Of a stretch of DNA of 61,460 nt, positions 16,837-27,476 are shown piece by piece. The DNA is from a virus. Lineage: Duplodnaviria; Caudoviricetes. How positions within the stretch are numbered: position 1 is the stretch's first letter; each line of letters starts with the position of its first letter. A program made the position numbers and the translations under genes. The DNA lies in the IMG/VR virus record IMGVR_UViG_3300025674_000039, positions 1-61,460 of that record; one strand, 5' to 3'. The notes under the pieces are model-generated. The model saw nothing but the letters and a program-made list of their open reading frames with translations. It ran no database searches and had not been told where the DNA came from.

Positions 16837-18728
16837 TGGCAATACAAACATCTCTTAGGAAATCATCAACTAGTATTGAAAAGATTGCTGCTTCTCTGAA
16901 TCAAACCAGGGAAAGTATTCAAGGTGTTCAGGTTTCTGTCGATAGCCTTAGCAAGATGATAGAGACAAATACTAAGTTTAAATCGCAATTATATGCTAGG
17001 TCAGAAATCTTATCTTACAGAATAACTGAGGCAAGGAATAGAAAGGAGAAAGAAGATAAGTTAGAAGCAAATAGAGTAGGAACACCTAATCCAAATCTTG
17101 CATTGGGATTTGGGGCAAATTCTGCTGGTGGTATTTTCGGAAAATTAATAGCATTTGCATCTTACTTGACTGCTGGATGGATTATCAATAATTTTCAAGT
17201 ATGGCAGCAGGTTGGTGGTGAATTTATAAACAGATTGACAATTCTGAAAAATAATTTGGTGAATTTTGGACCTGCACTTTTAGATGTATTCTCTAAATTA
17301 AATTCAGCATTAACATCTTCATTAGTATCGATATTAACTTTAGATTTCTCTGCATTTACTGAAGGGCAAGTTAAAGAAGATTTTGATGCACTCAATGATG
17401 CAGTTAGAGCCTTAACACAAAATATCCAAGATTCTTATACTGCTCTTACCACACCACTGACTGAATCAGTAGAAGGCGGTGGTTCATCTGACGGAGGTGG
17501 TGGAGATACTTCGGGAGGATATGATCAATCATCTGGATCTGGAGTAGGTACAGTGGAACAGCAGGCATTACTTTCTACGATTAGATTTGCAGAAGGAACT
17601 GCTGGACCTACTGGTTATAGTATGTTCTTTGGTGATAGAACTGGTGAAGCAAAGTATGGTGATCTTACAAATAAATCTATTGCAGAAGTTGAAGAACTGG
17701 TAACCAAGTTCTTACAGGATCCTCAATCTAAGTTTGGTAATGGTCAAAGATCTGCTGCTGTTGGTGCATATCAATTCATTGACATCACTGGATTAGCAAA
17801 ATCTGTTGGTATGAGCACCGATAGAAATTTTGATAAGGAGTTTCAGGATGAGTTAGCACTTAGATTAGCAGCAAAGCAGGGAGTAAGTCCCGAAGTTCTT
17901 AGGAGAGAAGGACTTAGTGATTCTGTAATTAAAAAACTTTCTCCTAAGTGGGCATCATTCCCAGGAAATAATTATGGACAACCAACTAAAGCAATAACAT
18001 CCCTTAGAGAAACTTACAATAGAGCAGTAGAAAGATCTAGAAATACCACTACAAGTTCAAATATTTCCGGATATCGTGTTACTCGTAGTGGTCGGAACAT
18101 ACCATCACTAAGTGCATTGCCAGATCATCATAGTAACACTAGAACTTCTGATGGACGTTTAGTTCAGGACTTTACACTGTTTAAAGGTGATAAGTTCTTG
18201 AATCTTCCTGTTCCTTCTCCAGTTTCGGGAACAGTTACATGGGCAGGTAATGCTGGTAATGGTGGATTATGGGTTGAAATTCAATCTCCAGAGGGTAAAG
18301 TCGAGATGGGTCACTTCAACTCCCTTCGTGTTAAGAAGGGAGATAAGGTCGGTGTTGGATCTATTTTAGGTCTTCAAGGTCATAGTGGAAGGACAATGCC
18401 TTCTGGACCTGATGGAACTCATATTCATATTCAGGCACCAGATAGTGTCCTTGAGAGATATATTCAGATGATTAACTCTAATTCATTCTCTGAGACAAAA
18501 GTATCATCTGCAAATATTAATCCATCTCCTTCAAGAAATGCTGAAACTAGTAATATTGCATCTAGTAAGGCGGCACAAGTTATAGCAATTGATGCATCTC
18601 AGATTCCTGCGGAGAATAATTATTCTCCAATGCCTGCAGAATCTCCTATGGTTGCATCTATTTCTGAAGGTCAACTGTTAAATAGATTAAACAAGAACAA
18701 ACTATTAACTGATCTAGCATATACCTGA
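16836..18728 (+). CDS. tail-associated protein with lysozyme-like and M23 peptidase domains
   Basis: IRFAEGT...YSMFFG...SAAVGAYQF...WASFP (lambda-R/GH104-like); PSPVSGTV...GH...VKKGDKV...GHSG...HIH (M23). Confidence 0.85.
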   Translation: MAIQTSLRKSSTSIEKIAASLNQTRESIQGVQVSVDSLSKMIETNTKFKSQLYARSEILSYRITEARNRKEKEDKLEANRVGTPNPNLALGFGANSAGGIFGKLIAFASYLTAGWIINNFQVWQQVGGEFINRLTILKNNLVNFGPALLDVFSKLNSALTSSLVSILTLDFSAFTEGQVKEDFDALNDAVRALTQNIQDSYTALTTPLTESVEGGGSSDGGGGDTSGGYDQSSGSGVGTVEQQALLSTIRFAEGTAGPTGYSMFFGDRTGEAKYGDLTNKSIAEVEELVTKFLQDPQSKFGNGQRSAAVGAYQFIDITGLAKSVGMSTDRNFDKEFQDELALRLAAKQGVSPEVLRREGLSDSVIKKLSPKWASFPGNNYGQPTKAITSLRETYNRAVERSRNTTTSSNISGYRVTRSGRNIPSLSALPDHHSNTRTSDGRLVQDFTLFKGDKFLNLPVPSPVSGTVTWAGNAGNGGLWVEIQSPEGKVEMGHFNSLRVKKGDKVGVGSILGLQGHSGRTMPSGPDGTHIHIQAPDSVLERYIQMINSNSFSETKVSSANINPSPSRNAETSNIASSKAAQVIAIDASQIPAENNYSPMPAESPMVASISEGQLLNRLNKNKLLTDLAYT

Positions 18729-20056
18729 TGTCAAAAGAAAAGTCACTATTTACGGAATTAACGATTCAATCTGCCGATGGAGAGAGAACGGCTAATCTTG
18801 CTAATGGTTTTGTTTTATTTGAATATTATGAGGATATTTTTTCTCCCATGGTCACGGCAAAACTTAGAATAGTTAATACTCAGAATACTATAAAAGTTGA
18901 TGGTCGTGATGGTAGAGAATCCCTTTACAACGGTCTTCCTTTGAGAGGTGGTGAACGAGTATCATTGGTTCTTGCTCCCAATAGTCCAACAAATCCGGGA
19001 CTTGATTTCAGTAGAGTTGAAAAATATTTTTATGTTTCATCAGTATCTGATGTCATATCTGAAGGATCTAAAGAATCTTTTACACTACATCTTGTTCCTA
19101 GAGAGGCATTGACTAATGAACAAAGTAGAGTGATGGGAAAATATCCAACTTCTTTGAGTATTGCTGACTCAGTTAAGAAAATCATAAAAGATTATTTGAC
19201 AATTACTGATTCCAGTACAAAGGTGAATACTGGAACAATAGATGAGACATCTAATAAGTATGGTTTCATGGGAAACATGAGGAAACCATTTACTGTATTG
19301 ACATGGTTAGCATCTAAGTCAGTTCCAGAGAAAAGCGGTACGGCAGGATATGTATTTTATCAGACAGTAGAAGGGTTCCAGTTTAGATCTTTAGATCGTC
19401 TTGCGAAACAGAAACCAGTCGCCCGTTATATTTCATATGATGCAGTAGATGCGTATGATAGTAATTTAAGAAGAAATGATAATTCCAATAATATAATAGA
19501 TTTCTTTATTGAAAAAAATTCGAACTTAATTGAAAAACTTCGTGTTGGAACATATTCTAACGAATCTATTTTCTTTAATCCACTAACACTGAGTTTTGGA
19601 CAAAAAATTTATAAGCAAGAAGATTATCAAAAGAAAGTTGATAATCTTGGAGGAAGATTTAAACTACCTCCACTAAATAGTCAAACAGAGGATACTCTTG
19701 GTGATGTTCCCACTAGGAGAATGAGTTTCATATCAGATGTAGGTACATTTGAAAAAGGGGTAAGTAGGGATGTCAATGCAGATCCTAATGAATATCAGAA
19801 TCAAGTATTGATGAGATACAATACTCTGTTTACTCAGACAGCAACTATGACAGTAACATCAAATACTAACTTGAAAGCTGGTGATGTAATTGACTGTAAG
19901 TTTCCTAGATTATCAGAATCTAAAGCAACTGAGTATGATACTGAGACAAGTGGTCTATATATTATTAAGGAAGTATGCCACTCATTCAATACAACTAGTT
20001 CATATACCTCATTGAAATTAGTAAGAGATACGTTCGGATCACCTGTTAAGAAGTAA
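18728..20056 (+). CDS. baseplate hub (gp27-like) tail protein
   Basis: YYEDIFSP, LPLRGGE, FYQT.EGFQFRS, LKAGDVI, SGLYII..VCHSF...L.LVRD; precedes gp5. Confidence 0.75.
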   Translation: MSKEKSLFTELTIQSADGERTANLANGFVLFEYYEDIFSPMVTAKLRIVNTQNTIKVDGRDGRESLYNGLPLRGGERVSLVLAPNSPTNPGLDFSRVEKYFYVSSVSDVISEGSKESFTLHLVPREALTNEQSRVMGKYPTSLSIADSVKKIIKDYLTITDSSTKVNTGTIDETSNKYGFMGNMRKPFTVLTWLASKSVPEKSGTAGYVFYQTVEGFQFRSLDRLAKQKPVARYISYDAVDAYDSNLRRNDNSNNIIDFFIEKNSNLIEKLRVGTYSNESIFFNPLTLSFGQKIYKQEDYQKKVDNLGGRFKLPPLNSQTEDTLGDVPTRRMSFISDVGTFEKGVSRDVNADPNEYQNQVLMRYNTLFTQTATMTVTSNTNLKAGDVIDCKFPRLSESKATEYDTETSGLYIIKEVCHSFNTTSSYTSLKLVRDTFGSPVKK

Positions 20057-22095
20057 TGCTAGATCAAGCAGCAATTCAGAATAATTTTGTAGGTAGAGAT
20101 GGATTTAGGTGGTGGATAGGACAGATTCCACCTTATGAATCCATGGCGGAGCAGCTTGGAAACAAGGGGTGGGGAAATAGATTTAAAGTTCGCATCATGG
20201 GATATCATCCCGCGAGTGAAGCAGAATTATCTAATGAAGATTTGCCGTGGGCACAAGTCCTACTGCCACCAACAGCAGGTAGTGGTGCTGCAAATGCAAT
20301 GACAAGTGTCCAGATTCAACCTGGAGATATTGTATTTGGATTCTTCTTAGATGGAGATAATGCACAGATACCAATCATACAATCTGTTTTCGGAAGAACA
20401 GATCTTTCTTCTAGTGCTGAGTATTCAAGTCCATTTACACCATTCACTGGATTTTCTCAAGCAATACCTAGGAATAATAAACAAACCACTTCTCAACCTA
20501 AAGATTCGATTACTACAGAGTCAAACGAACCGAAATCTACTAGTAATCCATCACCAAGAACAATATCTCAAGATCAAGCACAAAAAGTTGCTCAAAAAAC
20601 TGGTTTAGTAGAACAGACAATTAATGCTGCTACTGGAACTAAAATTCCATTAGCAAATACTACTAAAAATAGTATGATTGATAAGATCAGTTCAACTATT
20701 GAGAATCTTATCAATAAACTCAAGAGATTGAATGGTAACATAACTCAGATGAGATATGCTATATCAAATGCTATTGATGCAGTCACCATATCTGCGAATG
20801 GAATCATTGGTCAACTATTTGATACTTTGATCAATGGAAACGATGGTGGATTTATTGGAATGATTGGTCTGTTGAAGGAGGGATTAGATTTACTATACAA
20901 ACTAGTATTTGCAAAAGTTCTTGCTGCTACGGGAAATCCTATTGCTGCTCACCTTGCAGGTGTTGCTGCCCAGCAGGTTATGGTTACACCAGTAAAACTA
21001 CTTGAAGAAGCATTTCACTGTGTAGTTGGTCAAGTTGTTAGTGCTGCTACAAGTGTAATTGCAGATTTAGTTGATTCAACTCTCGGAAACGTAGAAAGAT
21101 TTGTTACTTGTGCTGGAGAACAATTTGCTGGAAGTTTAATTAATTCTATTATTAGATTATGCGAAAACTTTTTGGAAGGACCTTTGGGTGCTATTACAAA
21201 ACTATTGCAATTCTTCGGTGACTTTAATGTTGGAAATATCTTGAGAGATGCGATTGGATTATTGTCTGAAGGCGCAATTGGATTCTCTTGCAATCAGAAC
21301 TTCGATAGTTATAAAGGTTTGATTAATGAGTGGGTTGTTGGTAGAGGACCATCTGGATCTCCATCGACTATAAACGAAAGTATGGCGGGAACATTTAGAG
21401 AAATTAGAAATATTGCAAACAAAGTAAATAACGCAGAAGAAGAACTTGGAGAATGCTTTAGCGGTCTCCTTGACTTTGCAAGTCCTCCTGTGATTAACAT
21501 CTTTGGAGGTGGTGGTGGAAGAGGAGCATCTGCAGTTCCTGTATTCGGAAATCTTACGGAGGGTCCTGGAGGTCAAGTGACTGCCAGTGTTGTTGGTGTT
21601 CAGTTGACTAATAGAGGATCTGGATATGTCTATCCTCCATTTATTGAGATTGTGGATGATCAGAATCAAGGATTTGGTGCTGTTGCAAGATGTACTATAG
21701 ATGAAAAAGGTCAGGTTGAAGGAGTTTACATGGTTTCTGTCGGAGAGTTTTACTCTGTTGGTGATGTTCTTGATTACAGTATTGTTGATGTTATAGTTGA
21801 AGATGGTGGATCTGGATATGATAATTCCTTAATTATCACTGATGATCAGGGTAATCCTTACGATTATGTAATTGAAGGAGGTAGAATAACTCAGGTAACA
21901 CCCCTAAATAATACAGCAGATGGACTTCCAGTTCTTTCTCTGAACGGAGGTAATGGTATTGGAGCAATACTAAGACCTATTTTAGGTTCAGTCAATAGCG
22001 ATAACTTTGAAGAGGATAGAGATGGAAATCTCACTTCAGATCTTACTAATCTGTTCGCAGGAAAACCAATAGAATCTATAGATTGCCCAGAATAA
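20056..22095 (+). CDS. gp5: baseplate hub/spike gp5 (OB-fold N-terminus)
   Basis: GRDGFRWWIGQ, RFKVRIMGYH, DLPWA, VFGFFLDG. Confidence 0.9.
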   Translation: MLDQAAIQNNFVGRDGFRWWIGQIPPYESMAEQLGNKGWGNRFKVRIMGYHPASEAELSNEDLPWAQVLLPPTAGSGAANAMTSVQIQPGDIVFGFFLDGDNAQIPIIQSVFGRTDLSSSAEYSSPFTPFTGFSQAIPRNNKQTTSQPKDSITTESNEPKSTSNPSPRTISQDQAQKVAQKTGLVEQTINAATGTKIPLANTTKNSMIDKISSTIENLINKLKRLNGNITQMRYAISNAIDAVTISANGIIGQLFDTLINGNDGGFIGMIGLLKEGLDLLYKLVFAKVLAATGNPIAAHLAGVAAQQVMVTPVKLLEEAFHCVVGQVVSAATSVIADLVDSTLGNVERFVTCAGEQFAGSLINSIIRLCENFLEGPLGAITKLLQFFGDFNVGNILRDAIGLLSEGAIGFSCNQNFDSYKGLINEWVVGRGPSGSPSTINESMAGTFREIRNIANKVNNAEEELGECFSGLLDFASPPVINIFGGGGGRGASAVPVFGNLTEGPGGQVTASVVGVQLTNRGSGYVYPPFIEIVDDQNQGFGAVARCTIDEKGQVEGVYMVSVGEFYSVGDVLDYSIVDVIVEDGGSGYDNSLIITDDQGNPYDYVIEGGRITQVTPLNNTADGLPVLSLNGGNGIGAILRPILGSVNSDNFEEDRDGNLTSDLTNLFAGKPIESIDCPE

Positions 22096-22096
22096 G

Positions 22097-23056
22097 ATGG
22101 CAGAAAGACAGTTAAATTCTTGGAAAAGGACACTTGTTAGTTACAACCCTAACTTCAGGATTGATACTGCTAACCCTCAAATGGGTCAGAGTGGAACTGA
22201 TGTTTACAAAATTTATGGCGTAACTGACAACGGAGATTGTCAATCTTCTATCAGTTTAAGTAGCGGTGGCATGATGGATATCATGAATGACCGTTCCATT
22301 GTTATATCTGGAGGAACTGTCAATCCTGAAAATTCTGAGGACGTTGTAATTATTGGTCAGAATGGTAATATTTCTATTTCTGCTCCTAATGGAAAAGTAC
22401 GTATCCTTGCAAAGGATATTATGGTCGATGCTGAGAGAGATTTGCACCTCAAGGCAGGTAGAAATATCAATCTCAAAGCAGTTGGTGGTAAGATTACACA
22501 AGAATCTCAGAAGCAAGATATTATAGGAACATCTGGCAACCTGATTACTCAGTTAGGAATGGACTTTGCTACTCAAGTTTTTGAGGGTAGTTTTGTTGGT
22601 GGTGATTTCTTAGGCGGAGTTATTGGTCCTATTGCAGGTAATATCGTTAACAGTGTATTAGATACTGCTACTGGTGGTCTTGCGGGAGGAATTGGTGGTG
22701 TTGTTGGTGGTGTACTCGGTGGTGGCGGTATTGCAGGAGTAGTTGGTAATGTTGCAGGTGGTGTACTCGGTGGTGGCGGTATTGCAGGAGTAGTTGGTAA
22801 TGTTGCAGGTGGTGTACTCGGTGGTGGAGGTATTGGTGGAATAGTTGGTAATGTTGCAGGTGGTGTTCTTGGTGATGGACTTGGCGGGATAGTCGGTGAT
22901 GTTGCTGGAGGAGCTTTGACTGGTAATCTTGGTGGTGCAGTTGCTGGTGTTGCTGGTGGATTAGTTGGTGATGTCGCAGGAAACCTTGGTGACAGGATTG
23001 GCGGCGATGTTGCTGGTAATATTGCTAGAAAGTATGCTACTAAACAATTTAAGTAA
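22097..23056 (+). CDS. gp5 C-terminal-like beta-helix protein with Gly-rich tail
   Basis: GNISISAPNGKVRILAKDIMVDAERDLHLKAGRNINL beta-helix; about 125-aa Gly-rich C-terminus. Confidence 0.65.
   Translation: MAERQLNSWKRTLVSYNPNFRIDTANPQMGQSGTDVYKIYGVTDNGDCQSSISLSSGGMMDIMNDRSIVISGGTVNPENSEDVVIIGQNGNISISAPNGKVRILAKDIMVDAERDLHLKAGRNINLKAVGGKITQESQKQDIIGTSGNLITQLGMDFATQVFEGSFVGGDFLGGVIGPIAGNIVNSVLDTATGGLAGGIGGVVGGVLGGGGIAGVVGNVAGGVLGGGGIAGVVGNVAGGVLGGGGIGGIVGNVAGGVLGDGLGGIVGDVAGGALTGNLGGAVAGVAGGLVGDVAGNLGDRIGGDVAGNIARKYATKQFK
22706..22858 (+). repeat. 51-bp tandem repeat x3 (GGVLGGGGIAGVVGNVA)
   Basis: Units 22706-22756 and 22757-22807 are identical; the third is slightly diverged. Confidence 0.9.
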
Positions 23057-23063
23057 TTAGAAA

Positions 23064-23873
23064 ATGGCAGATCAGAATTGGGATATTAATAATTACAAAC
23101 CTCCTGCCGATGGATCAGTTTTCTATGGAAAGGAGCAGCATTTTAATGAAGATGTAGTATTCTACAAAGGAATTCGAATTCATGGCGATCTTGAATTTGA
23201 CTTCACTAAGTTTGATAAACTTGTAGTTACTCAATTAGATGTTATTGGTCCTAATGAGAATAATTTCTTTGGACCTGTAAATTTTCAATCTAATGTAGAT
23301 ATTAGTGCAGATCTTAATGTAGATAATTTAACTGTAAGAAATAGATTTCAGGTTGGTGAAATTGGTGAAATAATTGTTGCTGATAGTTCAGAAGAGCATG
23401 TTGGAATTTTTACTTCTATTCCAGATAAAGATTTTCAGATAGGAGTAGGATCATCATCAATTACATATGTTTTTGAAAATGAAGGTCTTGTAGATAATGT
23501 TCTTGGTATAGGAACAACTAATCCTGGTTCTTTTCTAATTGAATCTGAAGGTGGAATAACTCCAGGAATCAATCAAAACCTGAAACTTGATGTTGAAGGT
23601 AGTATTAGAATCAAAAATACTATCTTTGACTCTGCAGATGTTCCAGGTCAAAATGGATATTTCTTTGCCAGAGATCAGAGGGGTGTTAGATGGCTGCAGC
23701 AGATTGCTGATGATGATGGAGTGATGCCTTTGTCTGTTGTTCTTTGGGGAGGTAATGGAAATTTCCCTCCTCCGGGTTATGAAATATGTGATGGTACTAA
23801 CGGAAAACCTAATCTAGCACCAGTTACAGATTTGAATGGGACTGTATTTCAATATATTATTAAAGTTGTTTAA
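23064..23873 (+). CDS. virion/tail protein with a short tail-collar-like C-terminus
   Basis: VGIGT-type fibre motifs; VVLWGG...PPGYEICDGTNGKPNL. Confidence 0.7.
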   Translation: MADQNWDINNYKPPADGSVFYGKEQHFNEDVVFYKGIRIHGDLEFDFTKFDKLVVTQLDVIGPNENNFFGPVNFQSNVDISADLNVDNLTVRNRFQVGEIGEIIVADSSEEHVGIFTSIPDKDFQIGVGSSSITYVFENEGLVDNVLGIGTTNPGSFLIESEGGITPGINQNLKLDVEGSIRIKNTIFDSADVPGQNGYFFARDQRGVRWLQQIADDDGVMPLSVVLWGGNGNFPPPGYEICDGTNGKPNLAPVTDLNGTVFQYIIKVV

Positions 23874-23919
23874 TTTTCATCATAAATATTTTCATAAAGG
23901 TCTCAAAGACAAAGGATAA

Positions 23920-26490
23920 ATGGCATCTAAATTCTATGTACAGGATAAGGGAGTATATATCCCTACAGATGGATTAGCACAATCCTTTTCGGTACTAAAC
24001 TTCGAATCAGGAAACAGTTTAGGTGTAGGTACGGAAACTGTTACCCCTACTGTAAATGCAGATAATCCAAACTTTATCTCAAATATCTTACAGCAAGATC
24101 TTTGGGGTTATGATAGTGAGGAGAGTTTATATAGAGTCAGTTCTGTAGGTATTGGAACTACTCAAGTAATCGGGCAATTTAATGTTGGTGAAGAAGGTAA
24201 TGATTTCGTTATTACTGATCTTGGAGATGTTGGAATCGGAATAGAACAACCAACATTCAAATTAGAAGTAGCTGGAAATGCAAAGGTTCAACAAGAAGCA
24301 GAGATTGGATCTACTTTAGACGTTACTGGTGCTACAACTTTAAATAATACACTTGACGTTACATCTACAACTACACTAAATGACACTTTAGATGTTTTTG
24401 GCGCAACATCAATCACTAACACTCTAAGTGTAAGTCAAAATACTACACTTGGAGCGAACTTAAGTGTTGCGGCTCAAACTACTCTTTCAGATACATTGAC
24501 TGTAGCAGGTCAAACTACTCTTAATGACACTCTGACAGTAACTTCTACAACTACATTAAATGAAACTTTATCTGTAACAGCAGCAACTACTCTCAATGAT
24601 ACTCTTGATGTCAGTGGAGATGTTACTGTTACCAGCACTACTGGATCGGTAGACAAAGATACAGGTTCTATCGTTACTGAAGGTGGTGTTGGTATTGAAG
24701 AGAACTTAAATGTAGGAGTAAATGCTAAAATTGGAGGAGTTCTTGAGTTAGAATCTTTCCTCAGAGATGTCAATGACTATACGGCAGATGATAAGAAAGA
24801 TTGGAGATTATCTGCAGTAGGAACAGGTGTCTCTTGGAGACCATCTGGTGTTGAAACTCAGAATACTATCTGGGTTACTAAGGATGGAAATGATAATAAT
24901 ACTGGATTGCTAGAAGGTGATGCTAAGGCAACGATTGGTGCTGCTGCAGCCGCTGCACAGGAAGGAGATACGATCATCATCAAACCAGGTATCTACGTTG
25001 AAAACAATCCTATTGGTCTTCGCACTGATGTTTCTGTTACTGGAGAAGATATACGACTGGTTACAGTAACACCTCAGAATGTTAACCTGGATGTTTTCCA
25101 TGTAAGACGTGGATGTCTCATTGAAAACCTAAACTTTGCAGGAACTAGTGTTTCAGTAAATCACAGTGGTTGTGGTGCAGTTGCATTCCCTCCTACGGTT
25201 CTTTCTGAAAGAGCAAACACTGGATATATTGCCGATGGTCCTGCCCTAGAAGGTCCAAGTGGAAGATGGAGATCTCCATATATTCGTAACTGTACCAACT
25301 TCATGACTGGAAGTATCGGTATGAGGATTAATGGTGACCATGCTTCTGTATCAGATCCAATCAATAATATTGGTAATAATCTGAAGTCAATGGTTTGTGA
25401 CTCATTCACCCAATATAATGAAAATGGCATTGGTGTTTCGATCACGAACAATGGTTATGCTCAGTTAGTTTCTATCTTCACTATTGCATCGGATATTGGA
25501 ATCTACTGTGATACTGGTGGATCATGTGACCTTACAAACTCTAACTCTTCCTTCGGTAACTTTGGTCTATATGCTGTTGGTCTTGGTATAACTGAGTACA
25601 GTGGAGTTGTAGATCGTTATCCTCCATCAAAAACTTCTCCAGGTGTAATTGCCAATAGTGATGTTGTTACATTCAATAGTGTATATGATGTCTTCAATAA
25701 TGTTAGAAGACCTTATGATGGGCAGGCGATCTTCTTTAAGATTGATCTGACAAATTATGGTGATGTTGATCAAACCTACGTCGCTGGTTTACCATCAAAC
25801 GTTCTTACTGAACCTATGTTACAGGTTCAGGAAATTAAAGTCACCAATGGTGGAAGTGGATTCTCTCCTCTTGCACCACCTACTGTGATTGTAAGAGATG
25901 CAGACGATTTTACGCAAGATCCAAAAGGACCACAGGGAATTATTGCAGAACTGAGTCCTACCATTGATGAAGTGACAGGATCTATCACTGCTATTGATGT
26001 TGTAAATAGTGGTAGAAACTATCTTCCTTCACAAAACCTTGAGGTCTTTATTGATGGCGGAGGAGCAACTGCAGAGCTTATAACACAACCAATTTATTAC
26101 ACGGTTGATGTCGCCACAGAAGTCACCCCTGTAAGTGGAATCTCTACAGTCACATTCAACCAGTTTATTCCTTACGAACTGTTTGGTGGAGAAGAAGTAT
26201 CGTTTAAGAGGATTAGTAGAATCCTAACCAGTTCTCACTCATTCGAATACATCGGTACTGGTGTTGATATAAATAACTCAACACCTTTCCAAGGCGCTGT
26301 TCCTATTAAGGAAAATGAAATCGTTGCATTAGATGGTGCCCAAATTCCATTTACTAGCACGGACCAAAAAGGTAATTTTGATATTGGAGAGGGATTCCAA
26401 ATTAACCAACCAACAGCAACGATTCGTGGAAGAGATTTTAGTAAGGCAATACAAGCAGAAGTCACACCGCTTATACTCGCATTAAGGTAA
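23920..26490 (+). CDS. virion structural/tail fibre protein with beta-helix domain
   Basis: 12-aa repeats, SPYIRNCT...SMVCDSFTQ...AQLVSIFTI, SHSFEYIGTG; CATAAATA at 23881. Confidence 0.8.
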   Translation: MASKFYVQDKGVYIPTDGLAQSFSVLNFESGNSLGVGTETVTPTVNADNPNFISNILQQDLWGYDSEESLYRVSSVGIGTTQVIGQFNVGEEGNDFVITDLGDVGIGIEQPTFKLEVAGNAKVQQEAEIGSTLDVTGATTLNNTLDVTSTTTLNDTLDVFGATSITNTLSVSQNTTLGANLSVAAQTTLSDTLTVAGQTTLNDTLTVTSTTTLNETLSVTAATTLNDTLDVSGDVTVTSTTGSVDKDTGSIVTEGGVGIEENLNVGVNAKIGGVLELESFLRDVNDYTADDKKDWRLSAVGTGVSWRPSGVETQNTIWVTKDGNDNNTGLLEGDAKATIGAAAAAAQEGDTIIIKPGIYVENNPIGLRTDVSVTGEDIRLVTVTPQNVNLDVFHVRRGCLIENLNFAGTSVSVNHSGCGAVAFPPTVLSERANTGYIADGPALEGPSGRWRSPYIRNCTNFMTGSIGMRINGDHASVSDPINNIGNNLKSMVCDSFTQYNENGIGVSITNNGYAQLVSIFTIASDIGIYCDTGGSCDLTNSNSSFGNFGLYAVGLGITEYSGVVDRYPPSKTSPGVIANSDVVTFNSVYDVFNNVRRPYDGQAIFFKIDLTNYGDVDQTYVAGLPSNVLTEPMLQVQEIKVTNGGSGFSPLAPPTVIVRDADDFTQDPKGPQGIIAELSPTIDEVTGSITAIDVVNSGRNYLPSQNLEVFIDGGGATAELITQPIYYTVDVATEVTPVSGISTVTFNQFIPYELFGGEEVSFKRISRILTSSHSFEYIGTGVDINNSTPFQGAVPIKENEIVALDGAQIPFTSTDQKGNFDIGEGFQINQPTATIRGRDFSKAIQAEVTPLILALR
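24313..24620 (+). repeat. about 8-9 copies of a 12-aa repeat (TLxVxxxTTLND)
   Basis: Visible in the translation. Confidence 0.8.
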
Positions 26491-26496
26491 AAAATT

Positions 26497-27471
26497 ATGG
26501 CAGTTGCACCACTTAATAAGTTTTTAACAGTTGCTGTTCCAGTAGCACCTGGTGAGCAGACGATCTATACAACTCCAACTGGAGTTTCTGCCATCGTTCT
26601 GTATGCTCAGTGCGCTAACGTTGGTGTTGGAACATTCCCTACAGTTACGTTTACTCATCGAAGAAAGAGTACTTCTGCAAGAACAGTAGGAAATACTAGA
26701 AATATTAGAGTAATTAAAGACATTGAAATTCCTCCAAATGATTCTCTAGTCATTATTGATGGTAGATTGGTTCTGGAAAGAACTGCTATCATTACTGACT
26801 CTATTGTTATTAGTGGTCAGCAAGAAGGAATAGTTGATATTGATGGTTGTGAATATGATGAAAATACTGGTATCACAATAGTTTCTACTCTACAAGCACA
26901 TAATTTCCAAGTTGGTGATGAGATTACCATGAGTAATCTGAGATTCACCTGTACCCCAGGAAACTATGGATTGACGACAAGCATTTTCCCAAATCCACAG
27001 AAGTCATTCATTGTTGATAAAGTTCCAGATGCTAACACATTTGTTACTGATTCTGGAATTTCTTTAGGCATTCCTCATACATTTGTGCCTGCAGCGCACA
27101 CATTTGCTGGTGCAGATACGGGTGCAATCACAGTAACTAGTGGATCTGGTGGACCATTCACTCCAACTACTGCTACATATGATGGAGCAACTGGTTTGAT
27201 GGTTGTCACGGTTCCAAATCATGGATTAACAAATGGTAATACGGTCAGAATTACCGATGAATCAATTTACTTTAAGTGTAGTACAGATAATTTTGTTGAG
27301 AAAAAAGGTTATCCAAGAGCTACTGACCCTATTTCTGGAGTTGATATAACAGTCCAGAACGCAACAGTAAATACATTTACACTTGATGTTGGACCATCCC
27401 CAACTGGAGGAAGAGCAGCTCCTCTTCAAATGGAATTTATTTGCAGCATCCTAGAAAATAGCACCACATAA
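26497..27471 (+). CDS. virion structural protein
   Basis: Two YDxxTG...H.(F/L)..G repeats typical of cyanophage fibre and baseplate proteins. Confidence 0.75.
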   Translation: MAVAPLNKFLTVAVPVAPGEQTIYTTPTGVSAIVLYAQCANVGVGTFPTVTFTHRRKSTSARTVGNTRNIRVIKDIEIPPNDSLVIIDGRLVLERTAIITDSIVISGQQEGIVDIDGCEYDENTGITIVSTLQAHNFQVGDEITMSNLRFTCTPGNYGLTTSIFPNPQKSFIVDKVPDANTFVTDSGISLGIPHTFVPAAHTFAGADTGAITVTSGSGGPFTPTTATYDGATGLMVVTVPNHGLTNGNTVRITDESIYFKCSTDNFVEKKGYPRATDPISGVDITVQNATVNTFTLDVGPSPTGGRAAPLQMEFICSILENSTT

Positions 27472-27476
27472 TAATT

